Counted from the first letter of the stretch, positions 1 through 9,960 are shown. The stretch: DNA of 64,000 bases from Bacteroidetes bacterium RIFCSPLOWO2_12_FULL_37_12 (GCA_001769655.1 MEPC01000042.1:93125-157124); one strand, 5' to 3'. Notes: generated from the letters alone by a model not told the origin. Made by a program: numbers and translations.

Positions 1-3000
1 CCTGTTTTTTCTTCAATTCAAAAAGATGATTTTCCTGCCGTAAAAGCTCGTTTTCTTTTTCTTTTTTATCGGTCTCATATCGTGTTTGCATGTCGGCTAT
101 TTGCTTGTTGGATTCTTCGTTAAAGATGTTGTCTTTTACCTGTGCGTATAATTTGTGATAGGTGTAGGCGGATTTCCAGTTGGAGAGGGTGCTGTCTAAG
201 TGAGATAAACCCTCGTAAACGAGCATTAGTACTTCTTTCGCTCCGGTTTCTTTTGAGAATTGTAGCCCTTTATTTAGGCATTGTCTTGATTCTTTATACT
301 TTTTCTGTTCCGTATTTATTTGCCCAATATTGTAATAAGAACCAGCCATGCCATTTTTATTGCCAAGCTCTTCACTGATTGATAAATCTTTGAAATAAAA
401 TTCTATCGCCTTGTCGTAGTCCCTTTTATCAGCATAAATATTACCTATGTTACTGTACGTTTCAGACATTCCTTTTTTATCTCCGAGTTTTTCTCTTATA
501 GATAATGATTTGCCATAAAACTCCATTGCCATATCATAATCGTGGCTTGCTTTTACACTATCTCCAATTTGACGAGATTTATCTCCTTTATTTTTGTGAA
601 TGATACCGATGTTGTTGTAAGACATAGCTATTCCACGTTTAGCCCCAAGTTCTTTAAAAATAGATAACGCCTTGAAATAAAGCGTAAGTGCTTTATCGTA
701 TTCGTTTTGGCTTTTATAAATAATACCTATATTGATATAAGCACTAGAAATTCCTTTTTTATCTCCGAGTTCTTCATATATCGTTAATGCTTTGTATAAA
801 AACTTTAGTGCCATGTCGTAGTCGCCTTTATTTTTGTAAATTGAGCCAATGTTATTGTAAGAAGCAGCCATTCCATTTTTATCTCCAAGCCCTTTATTTA
901 TATAAAGTGATTTGAAATGATACTCCAGCGCAATGTTGTAATCACTTTTATGATTGTAAACATTGCCAATGTTGTTGTAAGAATCAGCTATTCCCCTTTT
1001 ATCTACGAGTTCTTCTTTTACTGATAATGCTTTGAAATAAAACTTCAACGCTTTATCGTATTCTCCTTTATCAGAAAGAATAAGTCCTATGGAAAGATAA
1101 GAATTAGATATTCCCTTTTTATCGTTTAGTATTTCTTTTATATTCAAAGATTTTAAAAAAAATTCTATCCCCTTTTCATAGTTGCCTCTTTCAGCATGAA
1201 TAACTCCAATGTTTTGGTAAGACATTGAAATTCCCTGTTTATCTCCGAGTTCTTTATATATAGTTAATGATTTAAAAAAAAAATCTATTGCCATTTTGTA
1301 TTCTCCTTTATATTTATGAATAATGCCGATTTTATTGTAAACAGTGGCTTTTTTATTATTGATGATGTATGATTGATTATTTTTTACCGAAAGAAGTTTG
1401 TCGCAAAGGATTAACGCTTCATTTGCATATTCCAGTGCCTGTTCGTAATTACCGGTGTTGGTTAATTCGGAGGTGAGCTGGTTGAGGAGATTAATCCGGG
1501 CAGTGTCACCGGAGATGCCATTTAGAGCGTCTGTGCGTGCCAGAAGGGATTTGAGGGAGTCGGCTTTGGAAGAGCCAATTTTAATGTCACCCTGTTGAGG
1601 TGTACGGCGATTGCTACGAGTAGTGTCACCAGAGAATGATGCAAGGATTAATGAAAGAAAAATAAAAAACAAGAAGGATCCTGTTTTACTTTCGGTAGAA
1701 ATAAGGGACGGTGATAATTTTTTTTCAAGCAAATTGTGTAATGGAAAAATAACCCCCGCAAGCAAGACGTTGAAAAACAATTTCAACAAAGGTTCACCGC
1801 CGGTAAATTTCTCCAGATTGGGATCTAATAAAACCAAGATGAATTCGAAAAATATAAGAAACGAAATAAAAAGAGATGCCTCCGTAATTTTTATGTAGGT
1901 TAGATTTTTACTATGTTCCATTGATTTACCAAACCTTCTGGCAAACAGGAAAATTCCTATAAACAACACAAATAATGTCAAGCCAATGCCGGAGTATTGC
2001 AGCATATTCCGCCTTTGGATTTTTTCCAGTTCCTCGCGTTCTTTTTCTGTTTTTTGCTTTTCTTCCAATACACGGATATTTTTTTTCTGTCTCAAGAGTT
2101 TGTTTTCTCTTTCTTTCTTATCCGCTTCATACCGGGTTTGCATATCGGTTATTTGCTTGCTGGATTCTTCGTTGAATATGCTGTCTTTGACTTGAGTGTA
2201 TAATTTGTGGTAAGTGTAGGCGGAATTCCAGTTGCCGAGGGTGCTGTCTAAGTCCGATAACCCGATATAAGCGTTCATAAGAAATGCTTTCATTCCATTC
2301 TCTTTGGAGAGTAGGACGCATTTGTTTAACCAATGCCTTGATTCTTTATATCTTTTTAATTCGGTATTTATTTGTCCGATATTATTGCAGGAAGCAGTCA
2401 TCCCTTTTTTATCCCCTAATTCTTCTTGCATAGACATTGCTTTGAAATAATATTTTAATGCCTTGTTGAGGTTGCCTTTATAAGCATGAACATTAGCTAT
2501 GTTGTTATAAGAATTTGACATACCATTTTTATCCCGGAGTATTTCATTAATGGATAACGCTTTGAAATAACATTCTAATGTCTTGTTGAATTCGTTTTTA
2601 TACGCGTGAATACTTCCTATATTGTTGTAAGAAGCGGCAATTCCTTTTTTATTATCTACTTCTTTATAAATGGATAATGCTTTTAAATAATATTCCAGTG
2701 CTTTGTTGTAGTCACTTTTATACGTATGAATATTAGCAATATTGTTATAAGAATCTGATACCCCGTTTTTATTTCCAAGTTTTTCGTAAACTAAAAGGGC
2801 TTTTAAATAAAACTTCAATGCCTTGTCGTAGTCGCTTTTATCAGAATAAATCATGCCCATATTATTATAAGCCGTGGCTTTATTAATATTAATAATTGCC
2901 GATAAATTATTTTTTGTAGAAAATAATTTTTCACAGAGAATTACCGCTTCATCTGCATATATCATAGCTTGCCCGTATTCGCCGGCGTTAATTAATTCAG

Positions 3001-3229
3001 CAGTGAGCAGGTTGAGGAGATTAATCCGGGTAGTGTCACCGGAGATGCCCTTTGGAGCGTCTGTACGTGCCAGAAGGGATTTGAGGGAGTCGGCTTTGGT
3101 AGAGCTAATTTTAGTGTCACTCGTCTGAGGCGCACGACTGCTGAGGCGGGAAGTGTCACCGGAGAATGATAAAGGTGCAAATGAAATGGAAACAAGAAAA
3201 AAGAGGATGGTACAGGAGAAATTTTTCAT
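1..3229 (-). CDS. TPR-repeat membrane protein made of two tandem modules (signal/TM - 40-aa TPR repeats - coiled coil - TM); runs off the left window edge
   Basis: Manual translation from ATG 3229 (MKNFSCTILFFLVSISFAP...) is open for 1076 codons to position 2. It has repeated SYNNIG..Y..KGDYDKAL..Y.KAL motifs at 120-bp spacing. Absent from the ORF track because no stop lies inside the window. Confidence 0.9.
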   Translation of the reverse strand, partial: MKNFSCTILFFLVSISFAPLSFSGDTSRLSSRAPQTSDTKISSTKADSLKSLLARTDAPKGISGDTTRINLLNLLTAELINAGEYGQAMIYADEAVILCEKLFSTKNNLSAIININKATAYNNMGMIYSDKSDYDKALKFYLKALLVYEKLGNKNGVSDSYNNIANIHTYKSDYNKALEYYLKALSIYKEVDNKKGIAASYNNIGSIHAYKNEFNKTLECYFKALSINEILRDKNGMSNSYNNIANVHAYKGNLNKALKYYFKAMSMQEELGDKKGMTASCNNIGQINTELKRYKESRHWLNKCVLLSKENGMKAFLMNAYIGLSDLDSTLGNWNSAYTYHKLYTQVKDSIFNEESSKQITDMQTRYEADKKERENKLLRQKKNIRVLEEKQKTEKEREELEKIQRRNMLQYSGIGLTLFVLFIGIFLFARRFGKSMEHSKNLTYIKITEASLFISFLIFFEFILVLLDPNLEKFTGGEPLLKLFFNVLLAGVIFPLHNLLEKKLSPSLISTESKTGSFLFFIFLSLILASFSGDTTRSNRRTPQQGDIKIGSSKADSLKSLLARTDALNGISGDTARINLLNQLTSELTNTGNYEQALEYANEALILCDKLLSVKNNQSYIINNKKATVYNKIGIIHKYKGEYKMAIDFFFKSLTIYKELGDKQGISMSYQNIGVIHAERGNYEKGIEFFLKSLNIKEILNDKKGISNSYLSIGLILSDKGEYDKALKFYFKALSVKEELVDKRGIADSYNNIGNVYNHKSDYNIALEYHFKSLYINKGLGDKNGMAASYNNIGSIYKNKGDYDMALKFLYKALTIYEELGDKKGISSAYINIGIIYKSQNEYDKALTLYFKALSIFKELGAKRGIAMSYNNIGIIHKNKGDKSRQIGDSVKASHDYDMAMEFYGKSLSIREKLGDKKGMSETYSNIGNIYADKRDYDKAIEFYFKDLSISEELGNKNGMAGSYYNIGQINTEQKKYKESRQCLNKGLQFSKETGAKEVLMLVYEGLSHLDSTLSNWKSAYTYHKLYAQVKDNIFNEESNKQIADMQTRYETDKKEKENELLRQENHLFELKKKQ

Positions 3230-3305
3230 ATCGTCAAAAAATATAAAATCAAATATCTAATATCCAAACGTGAACGAGTCACAACCAAACAAGAAAAAAA
3301 TAAAT

Positions 3306-3391
3306 AACATATAACATATAACACAAAATGAATAATAAAAAGTGAGGGGAAACCTTTAACATTATTCATTTTTTGTTATATGTTATATGTT
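3306..3391. repeat. AT-rich inverted repeat, family copy A
   Basis: 3307-3336 ACATATAACATATAACACAAAATGAATAAT pairs with 3361-3390 with 1 mismatch and a 24-nt loop. Confidence 0.85.
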
Positions 3392-3454
3392 TTTAATAAT
3401 AATTTGAAACAATAATATTTTGCCATAATTGGTTGAAATATTTTTGATAAGATG

Positions 3455-4741
3455 CTAACACCCCATTTCCCCAACATCCCTCCCAATATCCCTCCTATAA
3501 TACCTCCCCTCCCATTGAATTTTTTCTGCAGAAGCAAAAGATTTTTTTAGCGCTTCTTCTCCGGTCTTTCCCAAGGAAGATAAGGCAAGCACCCTTCCAC
3601 CGTTTGTAAAAAAGTTACCGTTTTCTAAGCGGGTTCCTGAATGAAATACGAGGGTATCTTTCACTTCTTCCAAACCCGAAATTTTTTTATTTTTTTCATA
3701 CTCACCCGGATAACCTCCGGAGGCAAGAACAACGGTTGCAATAGAATTTGTTGATATTTTTAAATCACAGGTATTTAATTTTTTTTCTGCACAGCAATGA
3801 AAAAGTTCCAGCAAATCAGTTTCTATTCTCGGTAACACCGCTTCTGTTTCGGGGTCACCCATTCTTACATTGTATTCCAAAACGTAGGGTTCATCTTTGC
3901 AAATCATCAATCCTATAAAAAGAAAACCGGTGTATGGAATAGCATCTTTCTGCAATCCCCGGATGCTCGGTATTATAATCTTTTCTTCAATTTTTTTCAT
4001 TAAGCCGGTTGTCACAAAAGGTACCGGTGAAATAGCGCCCATGCCTCCTGTATTCATTCCGGTATCTCCTTCTCCTATGCGTTTGTAGTCCTTGGCACAG
4101 GGCAATATTTTATAGGTTTTTCCATCGGTCAAAACAAATACCGAAACCTCAATGCCTTCCAGGTACTGTTCAATAACCACTTGTATCCCCGCGGAACCGA
4201 ATTTTTCCTTGAGCAAGATTTCTTCAAGGAAATATTCTGCTTCTTCCGAGTTTTTGCAGATGAGCACTCCTTTTCCTGCGGCTAATCCATCTGCTTTGAG
4301 CACTAATGGAAATGAATTTGATCTGATAAAATTAATCCCTTCTTTGAATGTTTTGGGTGTAAATGTTTTATAATTAGCAGTAGGTATGTTATGTTTTATC
4401 AGGAATTGCTTGGCGAAATCCTTGCTACCTTCCAATAAGGCGCCGGATTTGGAAGGTCCGATAATTTTTAATGATTCGAATGATTTAATCGGCTTCAAAT
4501 AATCAACTACCCCCTTCACGAGGGGTTCTTCGGGTCCTACCACAAGCATTTCAATTTTTTCATCCTTAATAAACTCTGAAATGGCAGAAAAATCATTTAC
4601 ACCGATTGAAATGTTTGTGCCACAGGAAGTAGTGCCACCATTTCCCGGAGCAAAAAATAATTTATTGCAGTGTGGGCTTTGTTTTATTTTCCATCCGAAG
4701 GCATGCTCTCTGCCGCCGGAACCGAGGATGAGGGTGTTCAT
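3455..4741 (-). CDS. purD: phosphoribosylamine--glycine ligase
   Basis: ILGSGGREHA, VGPEEPL, LEGSKDFAK, KADGLAAGKGV, NTGGMGA, EYNVRMGDPE. True start is ATG 4741; the track's upstream extension runs through a repeat. Confidence 0.97.
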   Translation of the reverse strand: MNTLILGSGGREHAFGWKIKQSPHCNKLFFAPGNGGTTSCGTNISIGVNDFSAISEFIKDEKIEMLVVGPEEPLVKGVVDYLKPIKSFESLKIIGPSKSGALLEGSKDFAKQFLIKHNIPTANYKTFTPKTFKEGINFIRSNSFPLVLKADGLAAGKGVLICKNSEEAEYFLEEILLKEKFGSAGIQVVIEQYLEGIEVSVFVLTDGKTYKILPCAKDYKRIGEGDTGMNTGGMGAISPVPFVTTGLMKKIEEKIIIPSIRGLQKDAIPYTGFLFIGLMICKDEPYVLEYNVRMGDPETEAVLPRIETDLLELFHCCAEKKLNTCDLKISTNSIATVVLASGGYPGEYEKNKKISGLEEVKDTLVFHSGTRLENGNFFTNGGRVLALSSLGKTGEEALKKSFASAEKIQWEGRYYRRDIGRDVGEMGC

Positions 4742-4756
4742 GGTTATACTCAAAGT

Positions 4757-4880
4757 AATCAGGTTTAAAAAAACAATAAATAACACATAACAAAAAATAA
4801 TTAATGTCAAAGGCGGTGAGTACTTAATAATTATTCATTTCTTGTTTTATGTTATATGTTATTTATTTTAAAACTTGATT
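4757..4880. repeat. AT-rich inverted repeat, family copy B
   Basis: AATCAGGTTTAAAAAAACAATAAATAACACATAAC ... GTTATATGTTATTTATTTTAAAACTTGATT; the arms resemble copy A. Confidence 0.7.
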
Positions 4881-5638
4881 TGTTTTGGTAAAGTTCTCCT
4901 AAAATAGTCACAAAAAACCGCTGTAGCCGTTGCCACATTCAGGGATTCCGCTTTCCCAAAACGGGGAATGGTAAGTGGCACTGTTATATATTTTAAAAGG
5001 GTATCTGATATTCCATGGGCTTCGTTTCCTATCAGTAAGATACCATTTTTGTTTAGTTTCGTTGTATGCAGGTTTTTTCCGTTCAGTACCGCACCATAAA
5101 TTTCGGTTTTGTTTTTGTATTTTTCAAAATAATCCTCAAGATGAATATAGAATGCATTTACTCTTGACCATGAACCCATGGTTGCATGCAGTACTTTTGG
5201 ATTAAAAAAATCAACTGTATTTTTGGAACAAAGAATATCTGTGAAACCATACCAATCGGCTACACGGATTAAAGCACCAAAATTACCGGGGTCGCTTATA
5301 TGAGCAAATACCAGCACAAGTTTTGAAGTAGGGTCTGGGAGAAGTGTTTTATGAGTTGCCGGTATTTCTAAAAGAGCGATAGAGGAATTATTAGTTTCGA
5401 GCGTTCCTGCACGTTGAAGTTCATTAGGACTTGTAGCGTTGAAAATACTCATAAAAGGTTCTAATTCCTTTTTATTTGAGTCAAAAAATTGTTTGCTTCC
5501 ATAAATTACCTTTATTTTGTATGACGTCTTAAGACATTCCAGAACATTGGTTGCTCCTTCTACAAAGAAAGTGTTGTTTTTTTCCCTATACTTTTTTTGA
5601 TGAAGTGAATGGAGGTGTTTTATTTCAGCGTTGGTCAT
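4868..5638 (-). CDS. TrmH/SpoU family RNA 2'-O-methyltransferase
   Basis: ISDPGNFGALIRVADWYG, IGNEAHGIS and ESLNVATA SPOUT motifs; likely start MTNAEIK at 5638. Confidence 0.93.
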   Translation of the reverse strand: MTNAEIKHLHSLHQKKYREKNNTFFVEGATNVLECLKTSYKIKVIYGSKQFFDSNKKELEPFMSIFNATSPNELQRAGTLETNNSSIALLEIPATHKTLLPDPTSKLVLVFAHISDPGNFGALIRVADWYGFTDILCSKNTVDFFNPKVLHATMGSWSRVNAFYIHLEDYFEKYKNKTEIYGAVLNGKNLHTTKLNKNGILLIGNEAHGISDTLLKYITVPLTIPRFGKAESLNVATATAVFCDYFRRTLPKQIKF

Positions 5639-5699
5639 TGGGCACTGGTTTATCGCTTTCGTTTGTGTCCTCACAAACGAAGTCATTGAATTTTAAAAA

Positions 5700-7979
5700 A
5701 TGAAAATTCTGCGAAACATAAGAATAATTTTATTACCGGTAATAATAGTATGCATTAACGGATGTACGGCTACACATTTTCTCAAAGATAATGAAATTCT
5801 GCTTAATAAAATAAAAATCAAGGGTGGGAAAAATGTTAAAACCGATAATATTAAATATTTGCTATCACGCCAAAAACCAAACCGGAGAATAATCGGTACA
5901 CGACCCTATCTTGCGTTATATAATTTAGGAAGCTATTTTAAAAATCCGGATAACATTTTCCGGAGAACGTTGGGTGAACCCCCCGTTTTATTTGATTCTA
6001 CGCTTGCCGAAAACATTCGGAAAGATATTTTGCGCCTTTATCAAAGCAAAGGGTATTTGCATGCTGAAATAGGACTAAAAATTAAACTTAAAAACCGCCA
6101 GGCAAAACTTGAATATCTTATTGTTGAAAAAAAACCCTTTTATATTTCCAATGTTACCTATAACTATGAAAACAAGGAAATGGAAGCCCTGTTTTCATAC
6201 GAAAACAATGAGGATCGCATGTTGAAACCCGGAATTATCTTTGATGAGGATGTCTTGGGAAAAGAAAGAGTCAGAATGGAACAAAAATTAAGAAATCAGG
6301 GGTATTATTATTTTAATAAAGAGTATATATATTTTGAAATTGACACCTCTAACCATAAAAGAGATGCTAAAGTACATTTAATTCTTAAAAATCCATCTTC
6401 CGATAGTGCTCATAACATTTATTATATAAAGGATGTTTTTGTTATGACAGATGCAACTGCTTCTGAGAGCGAAAAAAACCGTGACACCAGCAATTATGAA
6501 GGTGTATTTTTTTTAAACTACCGGAAAAAATATTCTGAAAAAGTTCTGTACCGGAAAATCAGAATCCGTCCCACGAGCTTATTCAGAGCAGGTAATATAA
6601 TGGCGACTCAGAATCTATTAAGTGACATGGGTATTTTTAAGTTTATCACTATAAAGAATGAACATCTCCGTGACACAACGGGCAGGTTTCTCAGAACGTT
6701 CATAAATCTAACCCCAATGGAAAAGTACAGTTACAGTTTTCAGTTTGATGTCACGTTGAGAGAACTTGAAGGGGTGCAAACACCAGGAATAGCAGGAACC
6801 ATGCTATTTACTGTAAGAAATTTATTTGGAGGCGCTCAGATTTTGAATTCGCGCTTTCACGGGGGGGTTGATTTTCAAGCAGGTTCCTCAAACACAAACG
6901 GAGAAGAAAAACTGTTTACCGGAAACCAGGAATTAGGGGCTGAGTTCTCATTATTATTTCCATTTTTCTGGTATCCTACTCACAGCGGCGAACAATTCAG
7001 ACCTTATAATCCAAAAACAAGGATCACAACCGGTTTTTTTCATGAACAGCGAAAATTATACAAACGCACCAGTTTGAATTTTTCTTATAATTTCGACTGG
7101 AGAAAAAATATTTACTCACGCACTTCATTTGCACCATTCGATATTAGTTTGGTTTTTTCGGACCTGAGTCCGGAGTTTTCTGATTTTTTACAGCTACAGC
7201 AACAGAAAGGGAATTTTTTAATTAATAGCTTTGACCGTGCATTGGTAACGAGTTTAAAGCTGATTCACACCTATAATAATTCATCCCTTATATCTGTAAA
7301 AAAATCCATCTTTTTCAGAGGGTTGCTTGAGGGTGGAGGGTTTGGTATTTATTATCTGCGCCAATTATTAGATCCGACTATTCCCAGCGAAACACATATA
7401 ACAACTCTGAAATTGAGGTTATACAGATATTTAAGAGGCAGTGGTGACTTGAGATACTATTTACCCGTGCGGAACATTTCAGTTTTTGCGAATCGCCTGT
7501 ATGTAGGATTAACAGGTCCGCTTTTAAAATCAACCGTTTTACCTTATGATAAATATTTTTTTACAGGTGGGAGCAACAGCAACCGTGCCTGGCTTGCAAG
7601 ACGATTAGGTCCAGGAACTTTCAGAGCTGAAAATAACATTTTTGAACAGGGAGGCGAAATTGCATTGGAAAGTTCTTCCGAATTACGTTTTAATATTATC
7701 AAATTCATCAACGGCGCTTTTTTTGTAGATGCCGGAAATATATGGACATTCAATGATGATGTAAGCAGACCGGGAAGCAAATTTCACTTTAATAGCTTTT
7801 TCAAAGAACTTGCGATCAGCAGTGGGTTTGGGTTGCGCTTCGATTTCTCATTTCTCGTTGTCAGATTGGATGGTGCTATAAGAATGTACGACCCGTATTA
7901 TTTGAGTATTAATGAAGACCCTTTTGTTGCAGGCAAATTTGAATCGCAGGTGAACGTGGGAATTGGATATCCGTTTTAG
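5700..7979 (+). CDS. BamA/TamA family (TamL-like) outer-membrane lipoprotein
   Basis: Lipobox INGC, GEPPV POTRA-type region, FFTGGSNSNRAW, FVDAGNIW, GFGLRFDFSFLVVRLD, C-terminal GIGYPF. Confidence 0.9.
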   Translation: MKILRNIRIILLPVIIVCINGCTATHFLKDNEILLNKIKIKGGKNVKTDNIKYLLSRQKPNRRIIGTRPYLALYNLGSYFKNPDNIFRRTLGEPPVLFDSTLAENIRKDILRLYQSKGYLHAEIGLKIKLKNRQAKLEYLIVEKKPFYISNVTYNYENKEMEALFSYENNEDRMLKPGIIFDEDVLGKERVRMEQKLRNQGYYYFNKEYIYFEIDTSNHKRDAKVHLILKNPSSDSAHNIYYIKDVFVMTDATASESEKNRDTSNYEGVFFLNYRKKYSEKVLYRKIRIRPTSLFRAGNIMATQNLLSDMGIFKFITIKNEHLRDTTGRFLRTFINLTPMEKYSYSFQFDVTLRELEGVQTPGIAGTMLFTVRNLFGGAQILNSRFHGGVDFQAGSSNTNGEEKLFTGNQELGAEFSLLFPFFWYPTHSGEQFRPYNPKTRITTGFFHEQRKLYKRTSLNFSYNFDWRKNIYSRTSFAPFDISLVFSDLSPEFSDFLQLQQQKGNFLINSFDRALVTSLKLIHTYNNSSLISVKKSIFFRGLLEGGGFGIYYLRQLLDPTIPSETHITTLKLRLYRYLRGSGDLRYYLPVRNISVFANRLYVGLTGPLLKSTVLPYDKYFFTGGSNSNRAWLARRLGPGTFRAENNIFEQGGEIALESSSELRFNIIKFINGAFFVDAGNIWTFNDDVSRPGSKFHFNSFFKELAISSGFGLRFDFSFLVVRLDGAIRMYDPYYLSINEDPFVAGKFESQVNVGIGYPF

Positions 7980-7981
7980 CT

Positions 7982-8080
7982 GTGGTAATAAAGTAGTAAT
8001 ACAGTTGTAATACGATTGTAATACCATTGTTTTACCACTGTATTACCATTGTATTACTATTGTATTCACATTGTATTACT
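7982..8080. repeat. 11-bp tandem array of 9 units whose core flips from GTAATAC to GTATTAC
   Basis: gtggtaataaa gtagtaataca gttgtaatacg attgtaatacc attgttttacc actgtattacc attgtattact attgtattcac attgtattact. Confidence 0.9.
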
Positions 8081-8102
8081 TTTGCATAACTATTATAATC
8101 CC

Positions 8103-9377
8103 ATGCCCCCCCTACTCATCTTTAAATTCGGCGGTGTTTCTGTTCAGGATGCCTCCGCAATTAAAAACACTACATCTATTATAAAAAAATTTGCTGTAGC
8201 CAACCGGCTCCTTCTCGTAATCTCTGCTATGGGCAAAATGACAAATGCATTGGAAGAATTGCATAAACAATATTTTACAAAAAAGAATTTCACTGCCGAA
8301 TTTGAAAAGGTTAAAGCATATCATCGTTCTATTGTGAAAGAACTTTTTTCAGAAACAGTGCATCCGGTTTACGATGAGTTAGAAAATCTTTTTGTAGAAA
8401 TGGAGTGGCACCTCGAAGAAGAACCCTCGAACGATTATGATTTGAGTTATGATCAATTAGTGTCATTCGGTGAACTTATTTCTACTAAAATAATTTCTCA
8501 ATACTTAAACAAAACAGCTGTAAATACCAAATGGGTGGATGCGAGAAGTTTTATTCAGACCGACAATACCTACCGGGATGCGCGTGTCAACTGGGCATTA
8601 ACAGAAAAATTAATTGTCCGTGATATTCCGGGTTTTCTCGAAAAACAAGTGGTATTAACGCAAGGATTTATTGGTGGCACTTCCGAAAATTTTACAACTA
8701 CCCTTGGGAGAGAGGGATCCGATTTTACTGCGGCTATTTTTGCCAAATGCCTGAAAGCCGATTCCATCAATATCTGGAAGGATGTCAGAGGAATACTGAA
8801 TGCCGACCCTAAACTATTTCCCGGAACCGTAAAATACGAACATCTTTCTTACCATCAGATGATAGAAATGGCTTATTATGGGGCTTCTGTAATTCACCCG
8901 AAAACTATAAAGCCATTAGTGGATGCACACATACCCCTTCATGTGAAATGTTTTAAAACACCGGATGAAAAAGGGACGATAGTAGATGAAACGCCGGAAG
9001 AATACATAACACCTGCCATCATTTTGAAAAAAAAGCAATGCCTGTTTTCCCTCTCAGCGAAGGATTATTCGTTTATCACCGAAAAAAATCTAAGCCATAT
9101 TTTTGACACCGCTTTTCGATTCAAATTAAAAATTAATCTGATGCAGAATTCAGCAATCTCTTTCTCAGTTTGTGTGGACGGCCAAACCGGCAAACACAAG
9201 GACTTTTATAATTTTCTCCACAAGGACTTTCACGTTTTATTCAACAAGGATTTGGAATTGCTTACGATTATGCACTACCATGATGATTTGATAAACAAAC
9301 ATACTCATGGAAAAGAAATTTTACTGGTGCAAAAAACGAGGCATACGTTTCAGGCGGTGACGAAGGTGGGGGTATAA
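8103..9377 (+). CDS. lysC: aspartate kinase
   Basis: FKFGGVSV, VISAMGKMTN, SFGELIST, TQGFIG, TTLGREGSDFTA, GASVIHPKT. Start is ATG 8103 after TACTTTTG (8077-8084); the track's TTG start lies in the repeat. Confidence 0.95.
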   Translation: MPPLLIFKFGGVSVQDASAIKNTTSIIKKFAVANRLLLVISAMGKMTNALEELHKQYFTKKNFTAEFEKVKAYHRSIVKELFSETVHPVYDELENLFVEMEWHLEEEPSNDYDLSYDQLVSFGELISTKIISQYLNKTAVNTKWVDARSFIQTDNTYRDARVNWALTEKLIVRDIPGFLEKQVVLTQGFIGGTSENFTTTLGREGSDFTAAIFAKCLKADSINIWKDVRGILNADPKLFPGTVKYEHLSYHQMIEMAYYGASVIHPKTIKPLVDAHIPLHVKCFKTPDEKGTIVDETPEEYITPAIILKKKQCLFSLSAKDYSFITEKNLSHIFDTAFRFKLKINLMQNSAISFSVCVDGQTGKHKDFYNFLHKDFHVLFNKDLELLTIMHYHDDLINKHTHGKEILLVQKTRHTFQAVTKVGV

Positions 9378-9480
9378 GGTATAGGGATATAGGGATATAG
9401 GGTATAAAGGTATAAAGGTATAAAGGTATAAAGGTATAAAGGTATAGGACGCTCTTTTATACCCTATACCCCTATACCCT
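9372..9480. repeat. 8-mer array (GGTATAAA/GGATATAG) with an inverted TATACCC arm between convergent genes; possible bidirectional terminator
   Basis: GGTATAAA x5 at 9401-9440, followed by TATACCC-type units at 9458-9480. Confidence 0.8.
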
Positions 9481-9481
9481 T

Positions 9482-9928
9482 TTAACTTTCAACTTCAAAC
9501 ATAATATAATGGGAACATTCCATTCCTGTTTTTTCATAAACCTTCTGCGCCTTAATGTTATTTTTCTCTACATATAACCGGATGCCACATACATTCTTTT
9601 CTTTTTTTGCCAACCGTTTTACTTCCCTGTATAATTTCCGGTAGATGCCCTTTTTACGAAATTCCGGCAATACATAAACACTTTGTATCCACCAAAAAGT
9701 ACTATTTCTCCAGTCAGACCATTCGTTTGTAATCATTAAACTTCCGGCGACAGTGCCATTTATTTCAGCTATCAGATAAAATCCTTTTTCAGGAAATTTC
9801 AATACGGCGCTGACTCCTTTCTGCAAAATAATTTTATTTAAACGCTTTCCTTCGGTTTCATAAGCCATGCGCAGATTATTTTCTACGAGTGACACACTAT
9901 CTTTAATTTGAGCTTTTCGTATGGTCAT
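9482..9928 (-). CDS. GNAT family N-acetyltransferase
   Basis: EWSDWRN, WIQSVYVLPEFRKKGIY, RLYVEKNN..AQKVY. Confidence 0.9.
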   Translation of the reverse strand: MTIRKAQIKDSVSLVENNLRMAYETEGKRLNKIILQKGVSAVLKFPEKGFYLIAEINGTVAGSLMITNEWSDWRNSTFWWIQSVYVLPEFRKKGIYRKLYREVKRLAKKEKNVCGIRLYVEKNNIKAQKVYEKTGMECSHYIMFEVES

Positions 9929-9960
9929 TGGCTATTGGTCATTCGGCATTGGGTATTGAT

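Noticed and set aside
142..3195. Short track ORFs in the first 3.2 kb, or a pseudogene interpretation
   Set aside because: All are shadows of one uninterrupted minus-strand TPR frame (3229 to the edge); the frame was checked across the homopolymers.
7982..8080. Possible CRISPR array
   Set aside because: Units are 11 bp and contiguous, with no unique spacers and no cas genes.
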